DNA of 59,342 nt, filler included. It is 7 parts of 7 records of this genome, joined end to end, with 100 filler letters (N's around TTAATTAATTAA, not from the genome) between each part and the next. Parts side by side here need not be neighbours in the genome. Positions count along the whole stretch, not along the records: positions 43,037 to 50,331 come from SRR31147125_6006; positions 50,432 to 59,342 come from SRR31147125_6016; 5 more parts are not named here. One strand, given 5' to 3'. Under the pieces are notes generated by a model, which saw nothing but the letters and a program-made list of their open reading frames with translations, searched no databases and had not been told where the DNA came from. A program made the position numbers and the translations under genes. Below, piece after piece: positions 44,208 to 55,400 of the stretch (the stretch's first letter is position 1; each line of letters begins with the position of its first letter).

Positions 44208-46343
44208 TTATCGAATGATAACCAGTTTACCAGTACCTACCTGACCGGATAAAGGTCCCTGAGTAACTTCGATGGTGTAAAAGTAAACACCGGAAGCAGG
44301 GAATTGATTATCGTCAGTGATTATTGGCCACCATCTTTCGTTGGCACTACCAGTTGTGTGATTCAATTCTTTGATCTCATCACCAACAGAATTGTAAATT
44401 TTGATGGTACAATACTCGGGCAAATTGACAAATGCTACCGTGTTTTGGTCCCGTAAATCTCCATCATAATTATAACCGGTAGAATTATGTGGCTGATCAC
44501 TTTTGTAGGTATTACCGCGTATGTTAATGGGATTTGGCACAACACGTACCTGATCGGCCCAGTCAGAAGCCTGAGTACCTCGTGCGAATGGCACAACTGC
44601 TTTATTAACCCGATTAAAGAAATGCGAGCTTTCCAGGTCATTGCCATCGACGGCTGTCACGTAATAATAGTAGTTAAAGTTTTTCGTCACATCTTCATCT
44701 ACATAGGACGTTCCAGTGGTTTCGGTAATCATGTTATAAACACGACCATTATCCACACCACCAACAGCGCGATAGACGCGGTACAGGTTGGCGCCGCTCA
44801 CAGTTTCCCATTCAATTGTATTGATTTCAGGTCCGCTTGTAGCAGACATGTTTGGCGGATCCGGAGGAAAGGGAGCAGACAGGTTTTTATTGAAATAGAG
44901 ATCTTTACCTTTTTCAAATTGAGCAAACAGGTCATCACGACCGTCTTCATAGATTTCCTGTTTTGCTGTAGCCAGGTCCATATTCCCGTCTTTTACAGCT
45001 TTACCGAGTTCTATGGCCCGTGCCTCATCGATGGAGCCCACAGCATAACAGTAGACAAGCTTTATAGATTCACCAGAGGCCAGATTGTATGGTCCGACAC
45101 CAAAGATGGGATCCCAGTGAGGTTGGGATTTTTCCTGAGGAGCATAAGGTGTGTCACCCCAGCCCGTCATGTACATATCTTTACCATCTGCGCCGGTCAT
45201 CCAGTTCCAGGCTTCGGCTAATTTTTTATCAGCCACAGGGCTGAGATGATCGTCGTAATTTACATAACGAAACGTGGCTGGCTGATCCGGATTGTCAGCT
45301 GATGGTTCCGCACCATTGGAGATGTACAGAAAAGCAAATCCACATACTTCAGGAGCTGTGAATTCACCAGTCGGCAATTCAGCAACACCCGAGCCAATGG
45401 GGCCACCACGAGGATCAAACTGATCATCACCTTCAATATCAGCAGCATCGCCGTCCCAGGTCCAGTAATAACGTTGGACCGGATCGTATTCCAGGAGCCA
45501 GTCTGCTATACCATCGTACTGCTCGAATGAACCAAAATCCAGATAAGATTGAACACCGGCAATCTGGTGTTTGACACCGATCCAGAGATTTTCCAGAGAC
45601 TGACCTGGTTTTTCAATGCCATCGAGCATCATGTTTACATCACCAGAGTTGGTAATGGTGGTTTCAACGATGATTATTTTCTCATAATCCGGATTTGTCC
45701 AGGCATACCATTTGTCGTTGAAAGTAAGACCTAATGGATGAGTCCATTGGGCTTCCAGCATACCGTCGGTTACAAGATCCGGATTGATGGAGTAAGAGTT
45801 GCCGCTTGGATCAAAAGCCACAGGCTGTTGCGCGGCATCATCTATTTTAACGACAGGCATATCGACGCGGCGATAATGTTTGGTCGGAACAAAGTCCGGG
45901 TCCGGTGTATCGATGAGTGAACTCAATGTGACCGGGCCATTATCGGAAATAAACATATCATAATGACCAGCATCAAAAAGAGCTTCGATACCATCAGGAC
46001 CCCAGTTGCCGGCAGGGGAATCCCAATTTTGGGCTCCAGCCCACCAGGAACACTGGCCGACCAATGTTTTGCCGTGACGTTCAATATTTGTTTCATTATT
46101 AATATCCACACCATGATATCCCAGATCATTTTCATAGGATGGCCATGGTTGCCAGTTCATGGCTAATGAAACAGGCATTTGACCATCGGATGTTGTACTG
46201 GACATCCAGTGTGCACCCTGTTTATCTTGTCCCATTTGCAGTCGACCCACGGTTAAGGACCTCCAGTCCTGGGCCTGTGCATTTGACAAAAAGATCAGGG
46301 CAGTCATTGCTATCATAATGGTTAGACGCAAAAGCTTTTTCAC
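44208..46343 (-). CDS. Secreted protein with FN3-like domain and T9SS-like C-terminal Ig domain
   Basis: GTG after GAAGGAGG; signal peptide; 'YRVYRA..YYYVTAVD'; 'VRVVPNP..IKIYNSVG..ASGVYFY..GKLVIIR'. Confidence 0.7.
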   Translation of the reverse strand: MKKLLRLTIMIAMTALIFLSNAQAQDWRSLTVGRLQMGQDKQGAHWMSSTTSDGQMPVSLAMNWQPWPSYENDLGYHGVDINNETNIERHGKTLVGQCSWWAGAQNWDSPAGNWGPDGIEALFDAGHYDMFISDNGPVTLSSLIDTPDPDFVPTKHYRRVDMPVVKIDDAAQQPVAFDPSGNSYSINPDLVTDGMLEAQWTHPLGLTFNDKWYAWTNPDYEKIIIVETTITNSGDVNMMLDGIEKPGQSLENLWIGVKHQIAGVQSYLDFGSFEQYDGIADWLLEYDPVQRYYWTWDGDAADIEGDDQFDPRGGPIGSGVAELPTGEFTAPEVCGFAFLYISNGAEPSADNPDQPATFRYVNYDDHLSPVADKKLAEAWNWMTGADGKDMYMTGWGDTPYAPQEKSQPHWDPIFGVGPYNLASGESIKLVYCYAVGSIDEARAIELGKAVKDGNMDLATAKQEIYEDGRDDLFAQFEKGKDLYFNKNLSAPFPPDPPNMSATSGPEINTIEWETVSGANLYRVYRAVGGVDNGRVYNMITETTGTSYVDEDVTKNFNYYYYVTAVDGNDLESSHFFNRVNKAVVPFARGTQASDWADQVRVVPNPINIRGNTYKSDQPHNSTGYNYDGDLRDQNTVAFVNLPEYCTIKIYNSVGDEIKELNHTTGSANERWWPIITDDNQFPASGVYFYTIEVTQGPLSGQVGTGKLVIIR

Positions 46344-46438
46344 AGCTTTGCCCTCCTTCATTGTATTCATGTCCATTTAATAAACATAATTATCGAACAC
46401 TAATCTCAAAACTCGTTTTTCAGGTTTAACATGTGTTC

Positions 46439-49400
46439 CTAAAAGAACAGTCGTAAACCAAACCAATAATCACGAGGTGCGCCCCAGAACATATAAAGAC
46501 GTTGTGGCATGAGATTCGGGTCGTCTGTTTCATCACCGCGTTTTTTGCCTTCAGTTTCAATGGCTTCCATATAGGCGCGCTCGTAAGCACTGGAATTACC
46601 GCGGTCCTGACGAGATGTCAAGCTGCTCCAGCTGGTGGTATTGAGATTCTTGACGTTAAACAAGTTTGTAATCTCCATAAAAGCACTTGCTGAGATACCG
46701 GCAAACTGGAAGCGTTTTTCCAGGTGCATGGTGGTCCAGTTGTAATTTTTGTTGCGACTATTATATTGACCACTGAGACTTTGCAGTCCTTCCGGATTCC
46801 AGTTGTAGGCTGAACCTTGTTTCCAGGTATGCTGGAAATCCAGCTGCCACCAACCTAACAGCTTTGCGCCACCAAAAATGGAGCCAGGGCCCCAATCCTG
46901 AGGTGTATGCAACGAAAGTTTGGCTTTCATGGCCCAATTACCCGGAGCTTGTTCGTTGATAAAAGGATCTTTAACAACATCAAGATAGCTCACATAGGTT
47001 GGATCTTTAATGGATTCTTCCAATTCCGGAGCGTAGAGTCGGCTCCAGCCATAATAGGATCGTTTATTGGTTCTGTAATCCACATTGAGAAAACCGGTGA
47101 GGTACGTGCCGTATCTCTTTTCAAGCTGGACTTCAAGACCTTTGGTATCATAGGCCAGAGAATTGAGAGCATATTCCGGATCATCATTACCACGGGCATT
47201 GATATTGACTTCATCAAGACCGTCAGTAACGTCTTTATAATAACCACGAATATTGACGACATAGTCACCATAAATACGTTGTTCATAACCAGCCTCAAAT
47301 TGAATGGTTTTGGTCATGAGCAACCATGGATTTCCGAGTTTTTCCAGAGGTTCGTCGAAACCCAACTGAAAACGGTACATGTAATCTGAAGCAGGAACAT
47401 CATAAAAGTGACCATAATTGAAAAAGATTTTGCTTTCCGGTCCTATTGGATGGGAAATACCAAATCGCGGACTAAATTTGACCTGCAGATCCGGAGTTGT
47501 TTCTGCTGCTAATCCATAATGTCCGGGATCTGGTGCATATTCGCCGTATTTTTTCCAGTGATCATCATAATAGGATGCATTGCTGGGCATATACATGTCA
47601 TTGTAATCATACCAGGATTTATTCGGTTTATGCAGATCCATACGTACACCTAAATTCAGGATCATGCCACCGAATTCCATACGATCCTGGACATAAGCGG
47701 CACCTTGCCAGGGATAGACATGAATATCATGCCAGTTGGCCTGGTCACCGGTACTACCGTCATCTTCTGTTCCAAAAATACCATCCGCTCCATTGCGGTA
47801 AGATTCATTGGTGAGGAACAGGTAATTCTGGGTGTATCCGCGTTGTTCTTTCAGGTCTTTATAGGTCCACTCAAATCCACCTTTAAGTTGATGGTGAACG
47901 TTGATCTGGCTGGTGATATCCGCAGCAACGCGAAAAGCTTTTGTGTAACTAAAATCGATTTCGCGAGAATCACGCAGGTTGTAAATATTCAGGATATCTG
48001 AACCCGGGCCTGTTTTGTAAGACCAGCCTTTTGGTCCTTCATCAAGTGAAATACCACCGACTGTATAAACAGTCCCATATTCTCTTTCACGAACATTGGG
48101 AACCTGGTTTACATCGATGTTGGTATTTTGCAGTTTTACTTCATAAAAGGTGCTTGGACTTAGAGTGTGAGTCCATGTAGCATTCAGGAAGCCGTACCAT
48201 TGGCCACGAGGAATCATTCTGGAATCCATGTTGTAGATTCTTCTATTATCAGTCCATTGGTCTCTCGCACCTTCCAGAGTTTGACCGGTTACACCATTCA
48301 TTGGTCCCGGGTCACCACGGCTAAAGTTGCGCATATCGGTATAGATACCGTTCAAGGTTAACTTCATGTCCTGGTTAAAGTTGAACAACAACTTGGCCTG
48401 TGTGGTGTTGTATCTGTTTGTGGCATTGTTAGGTGTAAAGAAGGGATACTGTGAGTATTCATTCAAATGAGACAAAACGAAACCGACCTTGCCGTTTGTA
48501 AAAGGCACAGGTCCGCCAAAGGTAAAATCCGCATTATAATCAGGATCGAAACTATACCAGTTAACAGCGTCCTGGTGTGTAGACGGAAGTTGATAAAGAC
48601 CATCGACTGTTCCGAATTCCTCACCATTATAATAGATGTTACCTTCATCATCTTCAGAACGGTGCTGCCATTGCCAGACCTGGAATGCCTCATAACCACT
48701 GATTGTCTGATCGCTGATGGTGTTGTTAGCTGCCCAGGAGTTCCAACCTTCAAAATCCGCGACGCCGTCACCATTTTTATCAGCAGCAGGATTACCGTTA
48801 TTATAGGCATAACGGCCATATTCCCACCAGTTATCATTACTGTAAACATAATCGCCAAAATGTTTCAATCCTGGAAAATCAGAATCATCACCACCCATAA
48901 GTGGACTGATACGACCTTCAAAATTGAAGAAATATTTTTGGCGAGGGGATTTGGTTACAACATTAACGATACCGGCACGAGCGTTACCAAATTCAGCATT
49001 AAAGGAACCAGTCAGTAACTGGATTTCCGAGATGGCTGTTTTACTAACGCGTGTCATGTCACGGTCCATACGTTCATCACGCATGCTCATGCCGTCAACA
49101 TAATAACCGATTTCCGTATTATTACTACCACGAATGGTAATACCCTGAGCGTCCTGATCAACGCCAACCTGGCTTGACAGAACATCATCGAGACGAAACG
49201 TGGCAGGTATAGATTCGATGGATTCTGTACTCAGGTTTGTTTGTGTGTATGAAACGTCCTGTCGGACGATTTCTCTTTCAGCTGTTACGGTTACTTCTTC
49301 ACCAGCAATTACTTCCTGACCGAGCTTAAAATCGATGGTGGTGGTTCTATCAATTCTGACGACCACATCCAGAACGACTTCCTCAGTATAACCAATAAAG

Positions 49401-49642
49401 TTGGCCCGGAGCTTGTAATTTCCAGGAGCAACATTAATTATGAAGTAATTGCCATCAATGTCTGATGACGCACCCATCATCGTGCCTTCGATCTGAATAT
49501 TTGCGCCAGGTAAAGCTTCGCCGGTTTTTGAATCTTTAACAACACCCGCTATTTTTCCGGTTGTTGCGGCAAAACTTGTTCCCAGCCATAATAATGTCAG
49601 AGCTATGAACAAGATGGGGCTAAATACAGCTCTTTTAAACAT
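46439..49642 (-). CDS. TonB-dependent receptor with N-terminal carboxypeptidase-regulatory-like domain
   Basis: 'GKIAGVVKD..GEALPGANI', plug 'IRGS..YYVDG', 'FNAEFGNA', 'SPRFGISHPI', 'NLFN', C-terminal aromatic residue. Confidence 0.92.
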   Translation of the reverse strand: MFKRAVFSPILFIALTLLWLGTSFAATTGKIAGVVKDSKTGEALPGANIQIEGTMMGASSDIDGNYFIINVAPGNYKLRANFIGYTEEVVLDVVVRIDRTTTIDFKLGQEVIAGEEVTVTAEREIVRQDVSYTQTNLSTESIESIPATFRLDDVLSSQVGVDQDAQGITIRGSNNTEIGYYVDGMSMRDERMDRDMTRVSKTAISEIQLLTGSFNAEFGNARAGIVNVVTKSPRQKYFFNFEGRISPLMGGDDSDFPGLKHFGDYVYSNDNWWEYGRYAYNNGNPAADKNGDGVADFEGWNSWAANNTISDQTISGYEAFQVWQWQHRSEDDEGNIYYNGEEFGTVDGLYQLPSTHQDAVNWYSFDPDYNADFTFGGPVPFTNGKVGFVLSHLNEYSQYPFFTPNNATNRYNTTQAKLLFNFNQDMKLTLNGIYTDMRNFSRGDPGPMNGVTGQTLEGARDQWTDNRRIYNMDSRMIPRGQWYGFLNATWTHTLSPSTFYEVKLQNTNIDVNQVPNVREREYGTVYTVGGISLDEGPKGWSYKTGPGSDILNIYNLRDSREIDFSYTKAFRVAADITSQINVHHQLKGGFEWTYKDLKEQRGYTQNYLFLTNESYRNGADGIFGTEDDGSTGDQANWHDIHVYPWQGAAYVQDRMEFGGMILNLGVRMDLHKPNKSWYDYNDMYMPSNASYYDDHWKKYGEYAPDPGHYGLAAETTPDLQVKFSPRFGISHPIGPESKIFFNYGHFYDVPASDYMYRFQLGFDEPLEKLGNPWLLMTKTIQFEAGYEQRIYGDYVVNIRGYYKDVTDGLDEVNINARGNDDPEYALNSLAYDTKGLEVQLEKRYGTYLTGFLNVDYRTNKRSYYGWSRLYAPELEESIKDPTYVSYLDVVKDPFINEQAPGNWAMKAKLSLHTPQDWGPGSIFGGAKLLGWWQLDFQHTWKQGSAYNWNPEGLQSLSGQYNSRNKNYNWTTMHLEKRFQFAGISASAFMEITNLFNVKNLNTTSWSSLTSRQDRGNSSAYERAYMEAIETEGKKRGDETDDPNLMPQRLYMFWGAPRDYWFGLRLFF

Positions 49643-50031
49643 GGATTGTCCTCCTCTATCCAAATTTAAAGTGGCAGGAAAACACAATTAATAATATTGA
49701 TTTAATAATGGACTAGTATGCGTTTCCAATAAAACACATTCGCTTACAATAATTAGTTGCTTAATGTCAATGACTTTTCCGCAGGCGCCTCCTTTCTGTG
49801 ATCAATATTATTGGTTTTTGTTATTTAATTTGTCTTAGGGCATGCACTTCCTCCTTGTTTTATTATTGGATTCTAAAAATGTTTATAGGGTATTAATTAT
49901 TAGTTTATCTTTTTTTTATACATCTTCAATTCAACCAGATATCCGTATCCATTTTAAACGGATCTATAAATAAATATAAATGTATAATTATAACATAAAT
50001 AAATAATTAGATTAAATGAGTATTTAATTAA

Positions 50032-50047
50032 TTTAAACCGGTTCAAA
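50032..50047. promoter_or_regulatory. LacI-family operator-like palindrome
   Basis: TTTAAACCGGTTCAAA with a central CG, in the AT-rich region upstream of the TBDR operon. Confidence 0.45.
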
Positions 50048-50331
50048 TAAACATTAATTATGCTTGTTTGATGGATCAGGCAGCCACATTAAAGTGGCAA
50101 TCCGAATTTAACTCTGTTCTAAACCAGAGTCCAAAAGTGAAATATTTTAGGCTACTTGAGCAATTTGACGCTTAAACCCCAGGATAAATCAACCTGGATG
50201 AACGTATAGAAAAGAATCATCAGCGCAAAATGTAGTACCCGAAAGAATAGTGTCGAATCTAACTAGATTAAGTTGATTTGAATTTTTCGATACAATGGAT
50301 GGTTGCAGGATATTTATAATTCGCAACCCCC

Positions 50332-50431
50332 NNNNNNNNNNNNNNNNNNNNNNNNNNNNNNNNNNNNNNNNNNNNTTAATTAATTAANNNNNNNNNNNNN
50401 NNNNNNNNNNNNNNNNNNNNNNNNNNNNNNN
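50332..50431. other. Artificial contig spacer
   Basis: N44-TTAATTAATTAA-N44. Confidence 0.99.
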
Positions 50432-50531
50432 TACATTTACGTTCAATTAATGGTCGATTTTAGCCAATTTTTGACCATTTCGGCCAATATTGTAGCGAAC
50501 TTGGATTAATACTATTTAGTCTTGAAGAGTT

Positions 50532-51317
50532 CTATCTTACTAATAACATCGACCTGCTTATAGCTAAATCGCCGGACGTGAGAGTGTAAATATATAAACC
50601 TGAAGGGACTTCATTCCCTTTACTATCTTTACCATCCCAAACTATCTTGTATTTTCCGGATTCTAAATAATCCTTCGCTAAAAACATTACAAGTTGCCCC
50701 TGAATATTGAAGACACTTAACGAAATTGTTTTTTGCCCTCCTGTCGGGATTTCAAATATGATGTTAGTTTGAGGATTGAAAGGATTAGGATAATTCTGAT
50801 GTAATTTAAAAACTTTTGGCAAAGGTCTGTCTTGAGAAATACCGGTTGGAAAGTCAATAGTGAATTTCCCATTGTGGGTGGTTGCTGCAGGATCTCCAGC
50901 ATTGAATACAAAACTATCAAATATTAACGCTGTGGTATCACTTGGTTTTCCAACAATATCAAAGAGCAAGTTGACTAATGAACCAACACCACTCAATGGT
51001 GATGTGCCAAAACCTCCCACACTGATCTTGCCAATCTCAGAGGTATTTACAGTCGGGGGGCCAAAAGTGCGAGACAAAGTACCTGAACTAGAAGCACCCG
51101 CAACCTCCAATACATTTTCGTCAAAAGTGACAACTGCCTGATAGGCAATCACATTTTTATCCGTAAGATCACTAACTACAATAGGTATGGTTATCGAAGT
51201 ACCGGAGGTTCCAGTAGTATCACTCGGCAATCTAACATCAATGACTTGCGAAAAGGCAAGATTGATATTCATAGTCGATAATAACCAGAACAATAGAATT
51301 ATTCTTGATATATTCAT
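50532..51317 (-). CDS. Secreted cohesin + FlgD-Ig/T9SS-type CTD protein
   Basis: Signal peptide; cohesin-like 'ITIPIVV..VTFDENVL..GSLVNLLFDI'; CTD 'QNYPNPFNP..WDG..SGLYIY'. Confidence 0.75.
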   Translation of the reverse strand: MNISRIILLFWLLSTMNINLAFSQVIDVRLPSDTTGTSGTSITIPIVVSDLTDKNVIAYQAVVTFDENVLEVAGASSSGTLSRTFGPPTVNTSEIGKISVGGFGTSPLSGVGSLVNLLFDIVGKPSDTTALIFDSFVFNAGDPAATTHNGKFTIDFPTGISQDRPLPKVFKLHQNYPNPFNPQTNIIFEIPTGGQKTISLSVFNIQGQLVMFLAKDYLESGKYKIVWDGKDSKGNEVPSGLYIYTLTSGDLAISRSMLLVR

Positions 51318-51360
51318 TTTTATACACATCTCCCAATACAATGTGATTTATTACAAATCA

Positions 51361-52401
51361 TCAATGTAAAAGTAACATTTTTCGCGATACCTTGAATGTC
51401 CCGACTTTTAATTCATATATATATACTCCTGAAGCCACTTGTACATTCTGATTGTCCAAACCATTCCATTTTATCCTGTGTTGACTGGCATCCAGAGTAT
51501 CGTCAATTAATAATTTAATCTCTACTCCATTCATACTAAAGATCGTCAATAACACCTTTGCAGGATAGGCAATACGAAATTCAATCAACGTTTCAGGATT
51601 GAATGGATTAGGATAATTCTGTGATAAAACAACATCGTTGGGTACATTTATTTCAACCTTTATTTTCTCCGAGTGCTTGAAAGTTCCATCATAATCAATT
51701 TGCTTGAGACGATAATAAACTATTCCAGATTGAAAATTTTGATCCTGAAATTCATAACTCTGTGGTTCGCTCGTCGTTCCTTTTCCAGGTATGAAACCTA
51801 TTTTTCTAAATGTATTTCCATCCATACTTTTCTGAATTTCAAATCCAAAGTTGGTGAATTCAGTTTCGGTTTTCCACTTCAAACGTACAGAAGATCCAAC
51901 CAATTGAGCTGAGAATAGGCTAAGTTCTACGGGAACGGGTGTTTGGATTACAGTTAATTTACCTCTAGTAACTTCAGCTGCAGGATTACCACTATTGAAT
52001 GCGAACGATGAAAAATTTAAATCAGTGCTTTCTAAAGGTAAACCAACGACACGGAATTGTAAAAATACCAAAGTTCCGCTACCACTTAATACATCTGTAC
52101 CAAATCCAGCAATTGCGATAAGGCCATTCTGCTGCGTGTTTACAGTTGGGGCACCAAACGAACCTGAAAGGGTTCCCATACTAGTAGCCCCTATTGCATC
52201 TAAAACGCTTTCATCAAAACTTACTTCGGTTTGATAGGAGATTACTGCACTTCCTGTGAGATCCCCAACTTCAATTGGAATTAAAATCGTTAATCCCGCC
52301 TCTCCTGTAGTATCTGGAATTGTAACTTCAATCGAAAAAAGAGGGATATAATATGTAAAGATAAAAATCAAGCTCAATGTCATTGTTTTAATGACGTTCA
52401 T
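51361..52401 (-). CDS. Secreted cohesin + PVEL beta-domain + FlgD-Ig/T9SS-type CTD protein
   Basis: Signal peptide; cohesin-like module; 'PVELSLF..YYRLKQID'; 'QNYPNPFNP..WNG..SGVYIY'. Confidence 0.75.
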   Translation of the reverse strand: MNVIKTMTLSLIFIFTYYIPLFSIEVTIPDTTGEAGLTILIPIEVGDLTGSAVISYQTEVSFDESVLDAIGATSMGTLSGSFGAPTVNTQQNGLIAIAGFGTDVLSGSGTLVFLQFRVVGLPLESTDLNFSSFAFNSGNPAAEVTRGKLTVIQTPVPVELSLFSAQLVGSSVRLKWKTETEFTNFGFEIQKSMDGNTFRKIGFIPGKGTTSEPQSYEFQDQNFQSGIVYYRLKQIDYDGTFKHSEKIKVEINVPNDVVLSQNYPNPFNPETLIEFRIAYPAKVLLTIFSMNGVEIKLLIDDTLDASQHRIKWNGLDNQNVQVASGVYIYELKVGTFKVSRKMLLLH

Positions 52402-52414
52402 GACTTGGCCTCAT

Positions 52415-55400
52415 TCATTTTAAAAATATCATTTTTTTTGAAGCGATAAACTCTCCAACGACTAATTTATAGAGATAAATTCCTGAAGCTATTGGTTGTC
52501 CGGTCTCATTTCGACCATCCCATTGAATCTCATATGAGCCAGGGGGGCGTTCTTCATCCAATAATATGCGCACTAACTTTCCATTGGCGTTATATATCGA
52601 AAGATGTGTCTTCAGCTTCTCACCATCCACCTTAGGAATATCAAATCTGATCGTGGTGCTTGGATTAAATGGATTTGGATAGTTCTGACTCAACGCAAAC
52701 TGTGTTGGAAATTTAGAGGAGCTATCTACGATAACCTTCGTGACTGAACGTTTCGCAGGATTCCCATTCAATTGATAGCGCTTAAAAGTTAGAAAGGTCT
52801 GCGATTTTTCTTCTCCAATAACTTCAAACTGCAACAAAAGCAGCGTGCCTCCTTCCTTGACTGGCTCAGTTGCAAACGCTCCAACTTTAAGTCTACCGTT
52901 CTTTGAATTGCTAAAGAGCTCCAGGTTCTCACTTAGACCTGTCTTGGTGACTCCTAAAAAGTTTAAAACTGCAGAATCGTACTCGAGCTCCATATCGATT
53001 GAGAAAAGAGAGACGCCATTTTCAATTTCTAGCGGTAAACTGATAATTTCACCAGGGTTCACGATCTTATCACAATGATTCGCATGACGACTGATCGCCA
53101 CTCTTTTGGCGGTTGTTGGAGTTATCCAATTACCATCTACATCACCTAAAAGTGTAGCTCCGTAGAATTGTTCCGTTGCATTTTCACTCAATGCTGTATA
53201 GGTCCGTCTCCTAGGGTCAAAACGCCATTGCCCGGTTTGTTGTTTCTCATTCAGTGGTGGCAGGCCGACGGCATAGCGGCAAATTAAAGCAGCATCAAAG
53301 GCAAAAATGTAGCCATCCTCATCCACATCTGCCGCTTTTTGTTGCTCTGGTGTAAATGAGATGAGACCAACAGAATGTTTTGCAGTCAGAGCGGCATCAA
53401 AACATGTGACGCAATCATCCTCGAAGTCACCGGATTTGGAAGGAACAACCGTGTAGTTGAGTCCGCCTTGGAGTTTTCCGAACTGATATTTGCCATTTTG
53501 ATCAGTGCTAAGGTTTGTTGACATCCCTCCGGATAAACCCAAAGTCACGTTTGGTACGGGACTATCTGTGATGTCGTATGTAACACTCCCTTCGATAAAT
53601 AAGTTACCTGAACCCATCACTTGAAATGAACTGCAAGGATTTGGTATAGCAACTGCAGGCTCCCCAGAGTTAAAAGATACACTTTGAATACATAAATCTG
53701 TAGCGTCACCCGGATTACCGATAACATCAAAAATTAAACCAATGAACTTTCCACTACCAGACAGCGGCTGAGTTCCAAAACCTCCAATTGTTATTTCACC
53801 GCCGATATCGGAATTCACGGTCGGTTCGCCAAAAGTTTTCGATACTGTCCCATTGCTGATTGCACCAACAGCATCCAGAACATTTTCATCGAATGTCACA
53901 ACCATCTGATATGAGACGATGTTTTGACTAGTCAGATCATTTATAAAAACATATAGTGTGTCACGTGCACCTGGAGCATTATTCAATTGAGGTTCACTCC
54001 AGCTTAAATTTAATTCATCTGTAGGACTGCCATCAGATACAGTGAGTGTTACAGGTACAGTAAGCGGAGAATCATCCGGATCGTTACTAAAAATGACCAT
54101 ATTTAATTCATAATCTCCTGAATTCAAGTCTGTCGCATCAAAGTTTGCGGAGATATCTATATTGTTGCCTGCATATATGGTACCCTTGAAAGGTTCGAGG
54201 GATAGCCAACCTACAGTCTGAGTAATTACATTATATAAAAATTGTTTATCTGAGTTGGTTCCTGATTCATGTTCGGGTAAACCTGTATGAAATATTCGAT
54301 TACCATTGACAATTAATGCTGTTTTGCTATTATCCGAAATGCCGACCAGTGTTCCGGTAGTGATGACTCCAGCTGTCCATGTTCCATTGTGAGGAATCAA
54401 GGTCTCATCTTGCCAGCCGCTGGCATATGGTTCAAAAATATTTCGCAATATGGGGTGTTCTGGTACTTCAAAGTTGATCGCACTCCCATATGTGTCATTA
54501 CCCCAGAAGTAGGTCTCGCTTACACTTAGACCTACCAATGGAGCTAAAAAATCAACATGCGGCTGCAATTCGGGAAACCCGCCATTATTAAATGTACCTC
54601 CAGATATGTACAAACCTGCGCCTTCGTTCACATATTGAGCAATGGCCATGGCTTCTGTTGGAGAAAAAGGACCATACTCATGCATAGGATTCCAGTTATT
54701 CGTGATAATGATAACGTCTGCTCCGTTTTCTGCTAATGCCTCATATGTGATATCAATTGCATGAAAAGTCGAGTAATCAATCAAGATCTCTTTATCACCG
54801 TATGCAGACCAGCTCGCATTAAGCTCATCCCAAAGGAAACTGCTCCTGGCTGTCGTACCAATGCCGTCAAGAACCACAGCATAGATTGTCTCAGTGATAG
54901 AGGAAAAGCTCTGTTGACGCTTGGCCAGGATCTCCTCCGCACCCACCTGTGATATTACACTGGAGACGTTGTTAGCGTTTTCTATTGCCAATGGTAGGAT
55001 TGACTGGGCTACTTGTTCATTTGCTCGGAGAATTTGAAGCATCCAGTCAACGTTTCGTTCTCCCATATTATTTAATTCTATGGATTTTGATAGATTAGCG
55101 CTCGAATTACCTGTGCCGTCTATCGATATATCAAAGGACAGGGTTCCTTCTCCTGTATTGCTGATTGTAAAGGGCCGAGTCGCTGTTGCACCGATTGGCA
55201 ATGTTTCGACAATATCACCGCGGATAAGGGTAATATTGGGTGGACCCGAGGTTGTCCCGGTTGGAGAATTTGACACTGTTGACTGATTACCCCATCTGTC
55301 TAGAACCTTCAAGGCAAAGTGATAAGTTGTGTTAACATCTAATCCTGTCACGGTGTACGATTCTGCAGAACCATTTTCGTGTGGTTTCGGTTCACCTTGC

